From: Macrostomum lignano
Taxonomy: Eukaryota
Assembly (NCBI GenBank): GCA_002269645.1
Contig: NIVC01003033.1
Location: forward strand, 59,773 to 123,772
Length of the DNA stretch: 64,000 nucleotides
Reading direction: 5' to 3'
Shown piece after piece: positions 52,664-60,889 of the stretch. The notes under the pieces were generated by a model, which was given only the letters and a program-made list of their open reading frames with translations, was not told where the DNA came from and did not search any database. Both the position numbers and the translations under genes were made by a program. Within the stretch, counting starts at the first letter, position 1, and the number at the start of each line of letters is the position of its first letter.

Positions 52664-53190
52664 GCACACAGACACACACATTTTCTGTCATTACCTTCCC
52701 ATTAAATAAATAAATAATAATGAAAGCCAGATTTGCGCACACGTGAAGCAATAACACAGATGCACCGCACTCAATCTTACCTTTAATCATGCGCACCACC
52801 TTCTCGTGCGAGGCGCTGCCAACGTGTTCGCCATTCACTTTGATAATCTGGTCACCGATGCGAGCGCCCGCCCTGTAGGCTGGACCATCTGATGGTCAGT
52901 GATTAAGAGACCCGTGTTGTAAGTGAAATCAAACTCAGCATCAATCCAGTAATCCACTCATGAAATCCATATTTAACACATTAAATGCCTGCTTACCTTT
53001 GGCTACATTTTTAATAGTGACTGGATTCTGGCCGTGAACATGCAGGCCATAGCCTTTTTCATCTTTGCTGATGAGAATCTCCTTAGCTCCAATTTCCAAA
53101 CCTAATAAAATTAAATTAGATAATTATAAACTGCAATTATTGCTGCTCAAATATGCACAATGTGTTCAAAGAGTCCTTACCCAAAGGCAT
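25550..53190 (-). CDS. RhoGEF2: PDZ-RGS-like-C1-DH-PH Rho guanine nucleotide exchange factor (RhoGEF2/ARHGEF11/ARHGEF12 family), 24 coding exons, 5379 nt, 1792 aa
   Basis: Exons: 53190-53181, 53101-52997, 52888-52781, 51401-51094, 50210-50160, 48931-48827, 46507-46286, 45490-45314, 44100-43942, 42844-42722, 42408-42097, 40530-40101, 39504-39388, 38943-38845, 37925-37749, 37310-37165, 36088-35329, 34820-34476, 33589-33100, 32561-32293, 31946-31804, 30557-30312, 27561-27351, 25815-25550. All splice phases are compatible and the total is divisible by 3 with no internal stop. Domain motifs are given per exon. Confidence 0.88.
25915..26290. repeat. Degenerate ~40-bp minisatellite (GGGGAGGTCAACTGACACCTCATGGAATCTGTTGTGGTT), intron 23
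   Basis: Direct reading. Confidence 0.85.
26846..27345 (-). repeat. 25-bp minisatellite (TGACTGGTCATTCATTCGGTCATTC), inverted copy of the 17.4-kb family, abutting the exon 23 donor
   Basis: Exact reverse complement of the 17385-17953 unit. Confidence 0.95.
27351..27561 (-). CDS. RhoGEF2: RhoGEF exon 23
   Basis: [10 protein letters not shown]...[13 protein letters not shown]...PDDNN; TGCAG / GTGAGT. Confidence 0.82.
28790..30210. repeat. ~1.4-kb (CTGT)n microsatellite, intron 22
   Basis: Direct reading; explains the LSVC/QTDR ORFs. Confidence 0.98.
30312..30557 (-). CDS. RhoGEF2: RhoGEF exon 22
   Basis: [23 protein letters not shown]...AQCIE; CGCAG / GTGAGC. Confidence 0.82.
31000..31434. 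mobile_element. MITE, second copy (~435 bp), intron 21
   Basis: TIRs CTAGAATAACTAAATGGGCCACTCAG / CTGAGTGGGCCATCTAGTTATTTTAG; near-identical to 24449-24863. Confidence 0.8.
31804..31946 (-). CDS. RhoGEF2: RhoGEF exon 21 (coiled-coil-like)
   Basis: [24 protein letters not shown]; CGCAG / GTGAGA. Confidence 0.8.
31968..32272. repeat. (TAGA)/(TGGA)/(CAGA) compound microsatellite, intron 20
   Basis: Direct reading. Confidence 0.88.
32293..32561 (-). CDS. RhoGEF2: RhoGEF exon 20 (low complexity)
   Basis: Phase 2-1 fit; TCAAG / GTGCAG. Confidence 0.78.
32587..32992. repeat. 24-bp minisatellite (TTAGCCTACTAATTGACCCACCAA), intron 19
   Basis: Direct reading. Confidence 0.9.
33100..33589 (-). CDS. 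RhoGEF2: RhoGEF exon 19, polyQ insert and C-half of PH domain
   Basis: [12 protein letters not shown]...AEFRIII...MLEFRVS...[11 protein letters not shown]; TCCAG / GTAAGT. Confidence 0.85.
33620..34360. repeat. 24/25-bp minisatellite (GACTATGGTCATGTATCGGGTTAT), intron 18
   Basis: Direct reading. Confidence 0.95.
34476..34820 (-). CDS. RhoGEF2: RhoGEF exon 18, DH helix 6 and N-half of PH domain
   Basis: [20 protein letters not shown]...[14 protein letters not shown]; TTGCAG / GTGAGT. Confidence 0.9.
34897..35272. repeat. 29-bp minisatellite (GGATCTGGGAGGCTGGCTGCTCAGCCTGA), intron 17
   Basis: Direct reading. Confidence 0.95.
35329..36088 (-). CDS. RhoGEF2: RhoGEF exon 17, most of the DH domain
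   Basis: [26 protein letters not shown] (CR1); [12 protein letters not shown] (LARG-like QIGEDLLTWFS); [35 protein letters not shown] (CR2/CR3). Confidence 0.92.
36178..37125. repeat. 23-bp minisatellite (AGCTGGGATAATAGGGTCATCAT), intron 16
   Basis: Direct reading. Confidence 0.95.
37165..37310 (-). CDS. RhoGEF2: RhoGEF exon 16
   Basis: [11 protein letters not shown]...ADSES; CTCAG / GTGAGC. Confidence 0.8.
37749..37925 (-). CDS. RhoGEF2: RhoGEF exon 15 (P/Q/S-rich)
   Basis: [10 protein letters not shown]...DPASAI; TCCAG / GTAAGA. Confidence 0.8.
38424..38718. repeat. 36-bp G-rich minisatellite (TTGGGGGTAGCGGGCGGTCAGCTGAGAGACAGGGGG), intron 14
   Basis: Direct reading, ~8 copies. Confidence 0.93.
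38845..38943 (-). CDS. RhoGEF2: RhoGEF exon 14
   Basis: [23 protein letters not shown]; phase 1-1. Confidence 0.75.
39388..39504 (-). CDS. RhoGEF2: RhoGEF exon 13, end of C1 domain
   Basis: [21 protein letters not shown]; AACAG / GTAAGT. Confidence 0.85.
39598..40077. repeat. 21/22-bp minisatellite (GTGGGTCACCAATGCTACTCA / GTGGGTCACCGATGATTACTCA), intron 12
   Basis: Direct reading. Confidence 0.95.
40101..40530 (-). CDS. RhoGEF2: RhoGEF exon 12, end of RGS-like domain and start of C1 domain
   Basis: EVLAKRRDG...[32 protein letters not shown] (H-x12-C-x2-C-x13-C). Confidence 0.88.
40560..42037. repeat. 57-bp minisatellite, ~25 copies, intron 11
   Basis: Unit GTGGTTCACAATGGTAAGTCGTCACTGTGTGACCTGAGAAGTGTGTGGTCTCATAAA. 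Confidence 0.97.
42097..42408 (-). CDS. RhoGEF2: RhoGEF exon 11, RGS-like domain
   Basis: LFDWIADDW...[22 protein letters not shown]...; CTGCAG / GTGAGC. Confidence 0.88.
42722..42844 (-). CDS. RhoGEF2: RhoGEF exon 10, start of RGS-like domain
   Basis: TLKTYL...[13 protein letters not shown] resembles RPAHLAVFL of LARG/PDZ-RhoGEF; TACAG / GTAAGT. Confidence 0.8.
43085..43828. repeat. GA-rich polypurine low-complexity tract, intron 9
   Basis: Direct reading. Confidence 0.92.
43942..44100 (-). CDS. RhoGEF2: RhoGEF exon 9 (followed by a GC-AG intron)
   Basis: RIPREPTG...[14 protein letters not shown]...MEKALE; CGCAG acceptor, GAG|GCGAGT donor. Confidence 0.75.
44435..45020. repeat. ~45-bp minisatellite (TGATGATGACTGCGAGTGTACATTGTTGGGGTGGTGGGTTAGGAG), intron 8
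   Basis: Direct reading. Confidence 0.9.
45314..45490 (-). CDS. RhoGEF2: RhoGEF exon 8
   Basis: [11 protein letters not shown]...SSADK; TTGCAG / GTGCGT. Confidence 0.8.
45780..46235. repeat. 33-bp minisatellite (AATATCCACTTCCAGCCCTTGAATATCCAGTTT), intron 7
   Basis: Direct reading. Confidence 0.95.
46286..46507 (-). CDS. RhoGEF2: RhoGEF exon 7
   Basis: [10 protein letters not shown]...[17 protein letters not shown]...ALKASA; CAG / GTGAGT. Confidence 0.78.
47195..48790. repeat. 35-bp minisatellite (GCCATAGACAGTTGCAATTCAGAATACTACTCAAA), ~45 copies, intron 6
   Basis: Direct reading. Confidence 0.97.
48827..48931 (-). CDS. RhoGEF2: RhoGEF exon 6
   Basis: [35 protein letters not shown]; TTACAG / GTGAGC. 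Confidence 0.8.
49605..49860. repeat. Degenerate 22-bp minisatellite (ATGGGCCATTTTAGGGTGTTTT), intron 5
   Basis: Direct reading. Confidence 0.8.
50160..50210 (-). CDS. RhoGEF2: RhoGEF exon 5
   Basis: [17 protein letters not shown]; AACAG / GTAAGT, phase 0-0, only open frame. Confidence 0.75.
50472..50925. repeat. 20-bp minisatellite (AATGTCACTCAAAGACACGA) preceded by longer degenerate units, intron 4
   Basis: Direct reading. Confidence 0.88.
51094..51401 (-). CDS. RhoGEF2: RhoGEF exon 4, last PDZ strand plus linker
   Basis: [11 protein letters not shown]...[12 protein letters not shown]; CAG / GTAAGT. Confidence 0.85.
52215..52680. repeat. (CAGA)n microsatellite with CTTACACAAA / CACTAA interruptions, intron 3
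   Basis: Direct reading. Confidence 0.92.
52781..52888 (-). CDS. RhoGEF2: RhoGEF exon 3, PDZ C-half
   Basis: [36 protein letters not shown]; CAG / GTAAGA. Confidence 0.93.
52997..53101 (-). CDS. RhoGEF2: RhoGEF exon 2, PDZ N-half
   Basis: [29 protein letters not shown] (GLGF-type loop GYGL); TTAG acceptor, GTAAGC donor. Confidence 0.92.
53181..53190 (-). CDS. RhoGEF2: RhoGEF exon 1 coding part (ATG CCT TTG G)
   Basis: GCC-ATG context, GTAAGG donor, phase 1 fits exon 2; alternative upstream starts not excluded. Confidence 0.6.
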
Positions 53191-54929
53191 GGCTAGATTA
53201 GTCAGCAATAAAAACTTCCATTGAGTTGTTGAACAAAAAATACAGGAAAGATAAACTTCTCTTTATGTATAAAGAAATAATGGCATTTATTGTGATGGCC
53301 TTAAATAAAACTTGATAGATTCTATTTTTATTCTATTTAGTATAGCTATAAAATATTGACATTTTTATTTGTTAAAAACCATACCAGATTCAAAAAAGCA
53401 TTTTTGTTTGGAACCTAATCTAACTATAGTTTGGGTTTACACAAATATTATCTTTCTAAGTTTTAAGCATATTAGTTATAAATAGTGTTAGCCATAGACA
53501 TAGGCCCTAAGACTCAAGTAAGGAAATTAAGGAAAAAAATACTAAGAATTTAGAATGCATCTGTTAACTTACTTAACTTTTTCTAACAATACTCAACTAT
53601 ATCTATGACTGCTATTTAGTACTTGGCCCAATACAAGTATTAATACTAAATCTCCCTAAAATTACAAAAAATATTGCACATATATAAAATTTTGAAATAT
53701 ATAAAGAAAAATAAGTGGCATATAAAATGTGCATGTTAGTTCAAAACAAAATTATTCAATAAGCCATACTTATAAAATGTTATTAAGAATGAAGTTTTAC
53801 ATGTGGCCTTATCTTGCTTTTGATTTAAAAAATAAGCAAAAACTAAAAGTATTCTTTTGTGCCAATACAAAATAAAAATGAAATAAATAATTTTAACATT
53901 AGGTAATAGTAGAGCCTAACTATGGTTTGAGTATTTTATATTCCTAAATATATAGGAAATAAGTATTAAGAGTAAGGAAAAGTTAACACAATTCTTATTT
54001 TTTTAATAAAAAATGAAAATGACAAAAAAAATGAAAAGTTCTAATATTGAAATTGCCTATGTAAATAACTAAGTAGCCCTATAAAAATCTACATATACTA
54101 AAAAAGATGAGATGTTTGGGTATTCAAATTTTTCTCCTAGACTACTGGCAAGTTGGCGTCAAAACTTATATGGGAAAACTGAAAATTTTCTGGGTTAGAC
54201 TAGCTTGTATAGGCTATAAATTCTGAAAATGTGTGGATGCACATCAAGGGTTCAGCAAAAATGTACCAAGGGGTCACTCTCCAAAGTACATGGGCCACAT
54301 CAAGGCAGGTACCTTAAAGTCACTCACAAGTGGCTATAATCCAGATCATGCTGAGTGCATGCCAGAATGCTCTAAACCAATGCACACTGATGCCAAGCAA
54401 ATGCACACCAACACTAATAAACTTTTTGCAGTTGTAACAATAAAATAACTTTTTACAGTAACTATATTTTATGGTGTGGCCATTTTGTGCATGGCTGTTT
54501 TGACATGGAGTCCAAGCACTGCACTGCACCATTCTAAGCATCACCTCATAGAAAATATGCCATGCTGCAGGGTCATTTTGAAAATATGCTAGATAGTTGT
54601 CTGCCATTTAGCAACTTTTTTCTAGTAGGGATAAAACAGGATGTTTATCATTATTACTAATTAGATAATAGATAATATAAAAGTAATTTATTTAAGTCTT
54701 AGCAATAAAAAACTGTTAATATCAATATATTATTAAATTAATAGTTCATAATTTTTATACTAAAATATACTTTGGGCCATGTCTAGACTATAGCATAAGC
54801 TATAAAAAATTAAACCTTATTAAAATATTGCCTTTGAGATTAAAGAGGAGAGAGAGAGAGGGAAAAGAGGAGAGAGCAAGAGAAATGAAAGAAGAGAAAC
54901 AGGCAAGAAAAGTGATATACAAAGTGAAA

Positions 54930-55310
54930 ATTAAGTCGCAATCAGGAGGAACTAAGTTGCAATCAAGAACTAAGTCGCAATCGGGAGGAACTAAGTCGCA
55001 ATCCAGAAGAACTAAGTTGCAATTGGGAGGAACTAAGTTGCAATTGGGAGGAACTAAGTCGCAATTGGGAGGAACTAAGTCGCAATCAGGAGGAACTAAG
55101 TCGCAATCAAGAGGAACTAAGTCTCAATCAGGAAGAACTAAGTCACAATTGGGAGGAACTAAGTGGCAATCAGGAAGAACTAAGTCTCAATCAAGAAGAA
55201 CTAAGTCGCAATCGGCAGGAACTTAGTCGCAATCGGCAGGAACTAAGTTGCAATCGAGAGGAACTAAGTCACAATCAGGAGGAACTAAGTCGCAATCGAG
55301 AGAAACTAAG
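54930..55310. repeat. 21-bp minisatellite (AGGAACTAAGTCGCAATCAGG)
   Basis: Direct reading. Confidence 0.9.
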
Positions 55311-55749
55311 TAGTCTTGAATCCCATATTCTAAATCGTCTTAAAATCCTCTGTAAAGCCTTTCAAATACCATATTTTGTTTTCCTGTTTGCAAAAACTGT
55401 CTTCCATTGTCCAGACTCAGACTCTCATGTCTCCTTTGCATTCTTGCCGTTACTCTCTCTATTATTACTCTCCCTCTTTATTTATCTCTTCTCCCTCGTG
55501 TTTCGTCTGTACCCTCTTCTCTCTAATCTTTAATGTGTCATCTCTAATCTGTCCTCTCTCATATCTACTCTCTTTTCTATCATCTCTCCTTTTTTGTTCA
55601 CTCTTCTCTATACTTTCTCTTTTCTGACTCATTTAATGTGCCAAATCCATTGAAATCCTCTCTGTAAAAATGAGCTCTATCAAAATCTCTTCATGAGACT
55701 GAACTTCATCAAAATCCCTTTTGATAAACTACAAATATATCTTTTTCTC

Positions 55750-56400
55750 GGAGGACTCTCACTTCTTTGGCCATCAGTCTCAGTCTCGGAATCTGAGTCC
55801 AAATGAATGGCTGTATTGTGGTTGGATATCAGCATCAATTGATGGTCAAGTTTCTATAGCAATAGATTTAGCATGAGCAGTGCGCTGTCGTACAAATTCT
55901 GTCTCAAGACTTCTAGTTTCTTCTTTATTTCAAAAACAGCTTTTCAGCTAACATTACTCGAGAAGAATAATGTCATTGCATCTGCACCATGAATTTCAAT
56001 TTTTTGCATTCTGCATAGATAGATCTCTGTTAAAAGCAACAACCTCTGGATTTTGCACTGCCATTAACAGTCCCTCTCTGTGTGAGCTTGCTGAACATTG
56101 GGATGGTGGTGCATGCTTCTAGTTCCCTTGAATGTGCTGCAGCTGCACCATCAACTGATCCCCCAGGCTGCACTTAAGATTGCTGGTAAATTTTCTTCTA
56201 ATATCCAATGCGTACCACAACAATCATTAACTTCTCCAGGAGTTACATGACCAAGTTTCCATTGTGTAAAGAGCAATGGCTTTTGCTCTTCAGCTGCAGA
56301 AAGGAGATACTAGTTGATGGAATAGTCTTCATGACCATTTTCATTCCATTCATGTGCAAGATTCAATACATAGTCAGGTGCAAGTCTATCTTTAAGTGAA
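55750..56400 (-). pseudogene. Decayed coding-like remnant, family unassigned (possibly transposase)
   Basis: Protein-like reading LKDRLAPDYVLNLAHEW...LLFTQWKLGHVTPGE...LPAILSAAWG...LLMAVQNPEVVAFNRD broken by stops and frameshifts, in AT-rich surroundings. Confidence 0.3.
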
Positions 56401-57614
56401 GTATATAATGACTCAAAGAACGTACACCTATATATATATATAGGTGTACATATGAGTGTATATATACAAGTTAGTTTGCCAGACATACAGTACAGTATGT
56501 AGGGAGTATAGCCTACAGGGTACAGGCTACAGTGCAGTTTAGTACTGCATAAGTGAATAAGTGAATAATAAATAAATCGGGAAAGAGAGTGAAGGTAGGA
56601 AAAGAGAAGAGAAATGAGGTACTTCCATTTTTCAATAAGCGTGCTACCCCTCCCCCTGGTCTTTCAGTGTGGTGGCACATAGGTAAGTCGCAAATCTGGA
56701 CAAAACTAAGTTGCACTGGACAGGTGAAATTTTGAGGTTGGCCATGTATGTATCTATAATGAAGGTTATACTTGCTTTATTGATCAATATATAGGCCTAA
56801 ATATTTTAGCAATAGAAATTTATTTAATTCTATTGTTCTGTTGTTTTATATATTTAAATTTAATTTAAGTAGGCCTATTTATTTAACTATTTATTTATTA
56901 ACATTAGTATTAAGTCCTAAATATATTGTCAAATAGAAAAATTATAAAGCTACTAGACCTTATTTCATAATTAGGCCTAAGATTTAAATTGATATTTAAT
57001 TTGTTTAATAGAAACTGCTTTTAGTTTTTAGCTATATTTTAGTCTTTAAAGCTTAGATTAAAAAATGCTATTAAAGTTCTATTATATTGAATCAAAATAA
57101 TAAAATTACTAATAAAATAACAACTTAGACTCTAAATAAACTTATATAATATAGAATATATATATAGGCCTATTTTAGAGATAATTAGAGATCATCTTTC
57201 ACTAAAGCATAAGATACTTTTTCTAGTCTTTTCTAAATTTTATATCTTAATTATAGTTTTTGAAATTAGATCTAATTCTAATATTAATTCAAGATTTCTA
57301 TTTTAGTAACCAATAGTATATACTAGAATTTATTTTGAAGACCCATAGCACCCAGCCTAGAGAAAGGGGTATAAAGGGGATTTTTATTTGAAATTTTGGA
57401 GGGAGACTAGAGGGGATAATTTTTTCTTTGAATTATTTTGGCAAAGGGACCTAGGCCCCCTTCTCATGGCTATGCCATTGTATGTAATATTCTATAGCAT
57501 TAATAGTTACTAATAGCCAAGCAAAAAAGCCATTTAAATAGGGCATTTATTATTTGCCTAATGACTAGATGAATAGCAAAATGGTTTTTATTTTGGTTAC
57601 TAGACAAATAGCTA

Positions 57615-58680
57615 CACCATTTTACCTCCTATTTTGAACAAAGTCTTGTTCAAAAGAAACAAGCAGAACTTCAATTCAAACACTTTAAGAAATAACAGCC
57701 TTTGCGGAAATTCAAATTAAACAAAGTCCTTTTCTATTGACATAGAAGAACTTCAATTCAGACTGTCTATGGCCAAAATTTTCCCCAAATGACGCGCATG
57801 CGCAGATTTGAAATTGAAAAGAAACAAAGTCATATTCTATTTCAACAGAGATTTTTGCACATAGATACAAGTACATTTTAGTACATTAATCTACAGTGTG
57901 CTATTGTTTTAAGCAACAGTGACAGAGACTGTATCATCAGGGCTGCTGTTCGTGGAGATGACTTGTGGAACTGGCACACCAACTTGGAGTCAAGAGGTCA
58001 ATGGCAAATACGATTGTGAGGTCAGGGAGAGTGGAAAAGCAGTCTACAAGATTGCGGACACCATTCAGTTCAAGCAGCTTCCATCATACAGTCCATTTTT
58101 GAGTCCTGTGGAGAACTCAATCTCCTGTTAGAAGGACACTCTGAAGAGAAAACTGGCAGCAGACCAGCAAAACTTCATTGCTCCAATAGCTAAGCAGCAT
58201 GGGAATCAATCAATGGCGGCCTATTGGCGAGACATTCCGCACAACTTAGTGGACAGAACCATTGGCTTCATCTCCGTGGATAAATGCATTGAGTGGTTCA
58301 ACCATGTGTTTACATACATCCCTCGCTGCGTTGGTGGATAGGCAATTAATGGTTATTGGTTGGATGTCTCAAGTTGGCCAACTGACACTGTCTTGTTTCT
58401 GTTTTTCATTTTATTCTTGTGTTAGTCAATATGCTGTGTTTTATCCCTTTGTTGAAATAGAATATGACTTTGTTTCTTTTGAATTTCAAATCTGCGCATG
58501 TGCATCACTCGGGGACAACTTTGGCCATAGACAGTCTGAATTAAAGTTTTTCTGTTTCAACAGAAAGGGACTTTGTTTGATTTGAATTTCGCAAGGGCTG
58601 TTATTTCTTAAAGTGTTTGAATTGAAGTTCTGCTTGTATTTTTTAACAAGACTTTGTTCAAAATAGGAGGTAAAATTGTA
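57615..58680 (+). mobile_element. Defective Tc1/mariner-IS630 DNA transposon, 1066 bp, ~235-bp TIRs
   Basis: TIRs 57615-57850 / 58448-58680; TA TSD (57613-14, 58681-82); internal remnant ...LPSYSPFLSPVENSISC*K...CIEWFNHVFTYIPRC matching the DDE_3 C-terminal LPPYSP.LNPIE motif; empty-site paralogue near 59690. Confidence 0.9.
57919..58343 (+). pseudogene. Internally deleted DDE transposase remnant
   Basis: In-frame TAG in place of the conserved Trp (SC*K); no DNAxxH second-Asp segment; N-terminal DNA-binding domain absent. Confidence 0.8.
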
Positions 58681-60889
58681 TATTATCATTATTTATCTAG
58701 TTTATATTAAACAAATAGCAATTTTATGTTTGTCTAGTTAAATTGCTAGCATAAGTGTCTCTTTGTTTAGTGATAAATATTTTAGATTTTTAAGATCTTT
58801 TCTTGTATCTTAATTAATATTTTGTTATACTATTGTAAGCAAAGCATATGTGTATGCAATTAGGCTTATAGTTGGTTACCCTATTGGAATAAATGTCAAA
58901 AACTAACAGATATACACTTTAGAAAAAAAGTCAAATTATTTTACTGCACTTTAAGATTATTAGAAATCATTCTACAATCAAAATTTGCTAGCTTTTCAAA
59001 ATTGTAATTGAAAATTTTTGAAATCAAAATTCAGAAAAACAAAGTTTAGTATGACTAAAACTCACCTTTTTACTCTTGATTTACTGCTTATGCAAAACAA
59101 AATACATGCATATATAGCAAAATTTAGTTTATTTTTAGCCACTCTTTAACACACTTCCAAAATTTTGACTTCCAAATATTTTCAAAATCAAAATTCACTC
59201 TTAAAAATTCCAAATTTTGGAAAATCAAAATTGAAATTTTGGAACAACTTTAAACATTATATGAGAAATTATGAGTCTATAGGCCCCTTCCACAAAGGTA
59301 TTAGACTCTTCCATGTAGGCCCCCTATATTTATTTGCTAGAGCAGTAGCCAGCAGCCAGCAAGAAAAAGCAGCACATGTGCAGGCATATGCTGTCTGCAA
59401 TTTTACAACTTTTTTTATAGGGGTTGCTTAAACTTTTTTCTTTTATATTTATAATTAATTTGATTTTTATAGGTATAGGCCTAGATTAAGTAAAAAACTA
59501 ATCACAATGTAAGACACATGCTAATATAACAATATAATAATCAAGATTTAGATAAAAATAGTTACTAGGGCCTAATAGCCTAGCAAAAAAGCCATTTAAA
59601 CAGGGCATTTATTATTTGCCTAATTGACTGCTTATTTGACTAGATGAATAGCAAAATGGTTATTATTTTGGTTACTAGACCAATAGCTATTATCATTATT
59701 TATCTAGTTTATATTTATATTAGACAAATAGCAATTTTATGTCTGCAATTTTAGGTATAATCTTTATTTAAAGTCCTAAAATATTCAATTCATTGTAAAA
59801 TTGGTATAATTAATATTATCCATTTATTTAGACAAACAACAAAATTCCTAGGCCCTATATAGGTCTATTTGATAAATATTAACTAGATGAATAATGAAAC
59901 ATGGCTATTTATCCATTAACTAGGCAAATAACCATATTGCTATTATTATTGTTTATTGGTCTGGTCACTAGACAAATAACAACTGCCTTTAATTTAAATA
60001 GGCCCACTTATAAAAATGTAGGCCTATAAATATTAAAAAATAAGAATAGTACTAGGCCTATGCTATATTTTCATTTTTGTGTCTAACAAAAATAGTTGGC
60101 AAACATTAGACCTAAAAAAGGTTTTGAGTGTTTCATTTACACTGGTTTTTATGTAACATTGACCTGCCAAAATAACTCATATGTTACCTAACTAAATCAT
60201 CGAAATTCTAGTCTAGACCAAGGCATAATGATTAGGCCTACTGTCACTGACTTGACTAAGAACAGCAACAACGAGTCTATCTTAGTAGGACTAGGACCTT
60301 TGTTGATCATTAGGCCTAATTAACATTGGTCCTGTTTTATCCGTTTTGACCTACTAGTAGTTCAATGCTTTCAAAAGTATAGATTCGAATGGTTCTGAGT
60401 CCTATCGTATGCCTACACATAGACTATGGGAAGGGAATAGAGAAATAAGAAATGCCTACAGCCTACTGTACTATCTGTTATTAGGCCAAGGCCTACAACT
60501 CAAAATTCCAACCAACCAAAAGAGACCAACCAAAATTCATCGAACTAGGTCCATAAGCCCCATTAACTAACGACATCAAGTTGAGATTATTTATAGATAA
60601 AAATGCATCGCCAGAAAGAAATTAAGCCTAGTCATCATATAACTTATGCATTAGCATATTTGGCTCCAAGTCCGGTGATTTTGTAACTCGTTTGAATTGC
60701 CAAATAATTTTCGTGGAAATAAAAAGAATCTTTAAAATTTAGTTAAAGTATATAACAACATAATTCGCATGACTAAGCGTAACTATTTAAAAAAGTAGGC
60801 CACTATTTTTTCTTTTTTACTGTGTTATTCTTCTGCACATACATTTCTTTAATGCTAATTAGACAAGTCGGCCCGGGCCACTCATTAAC

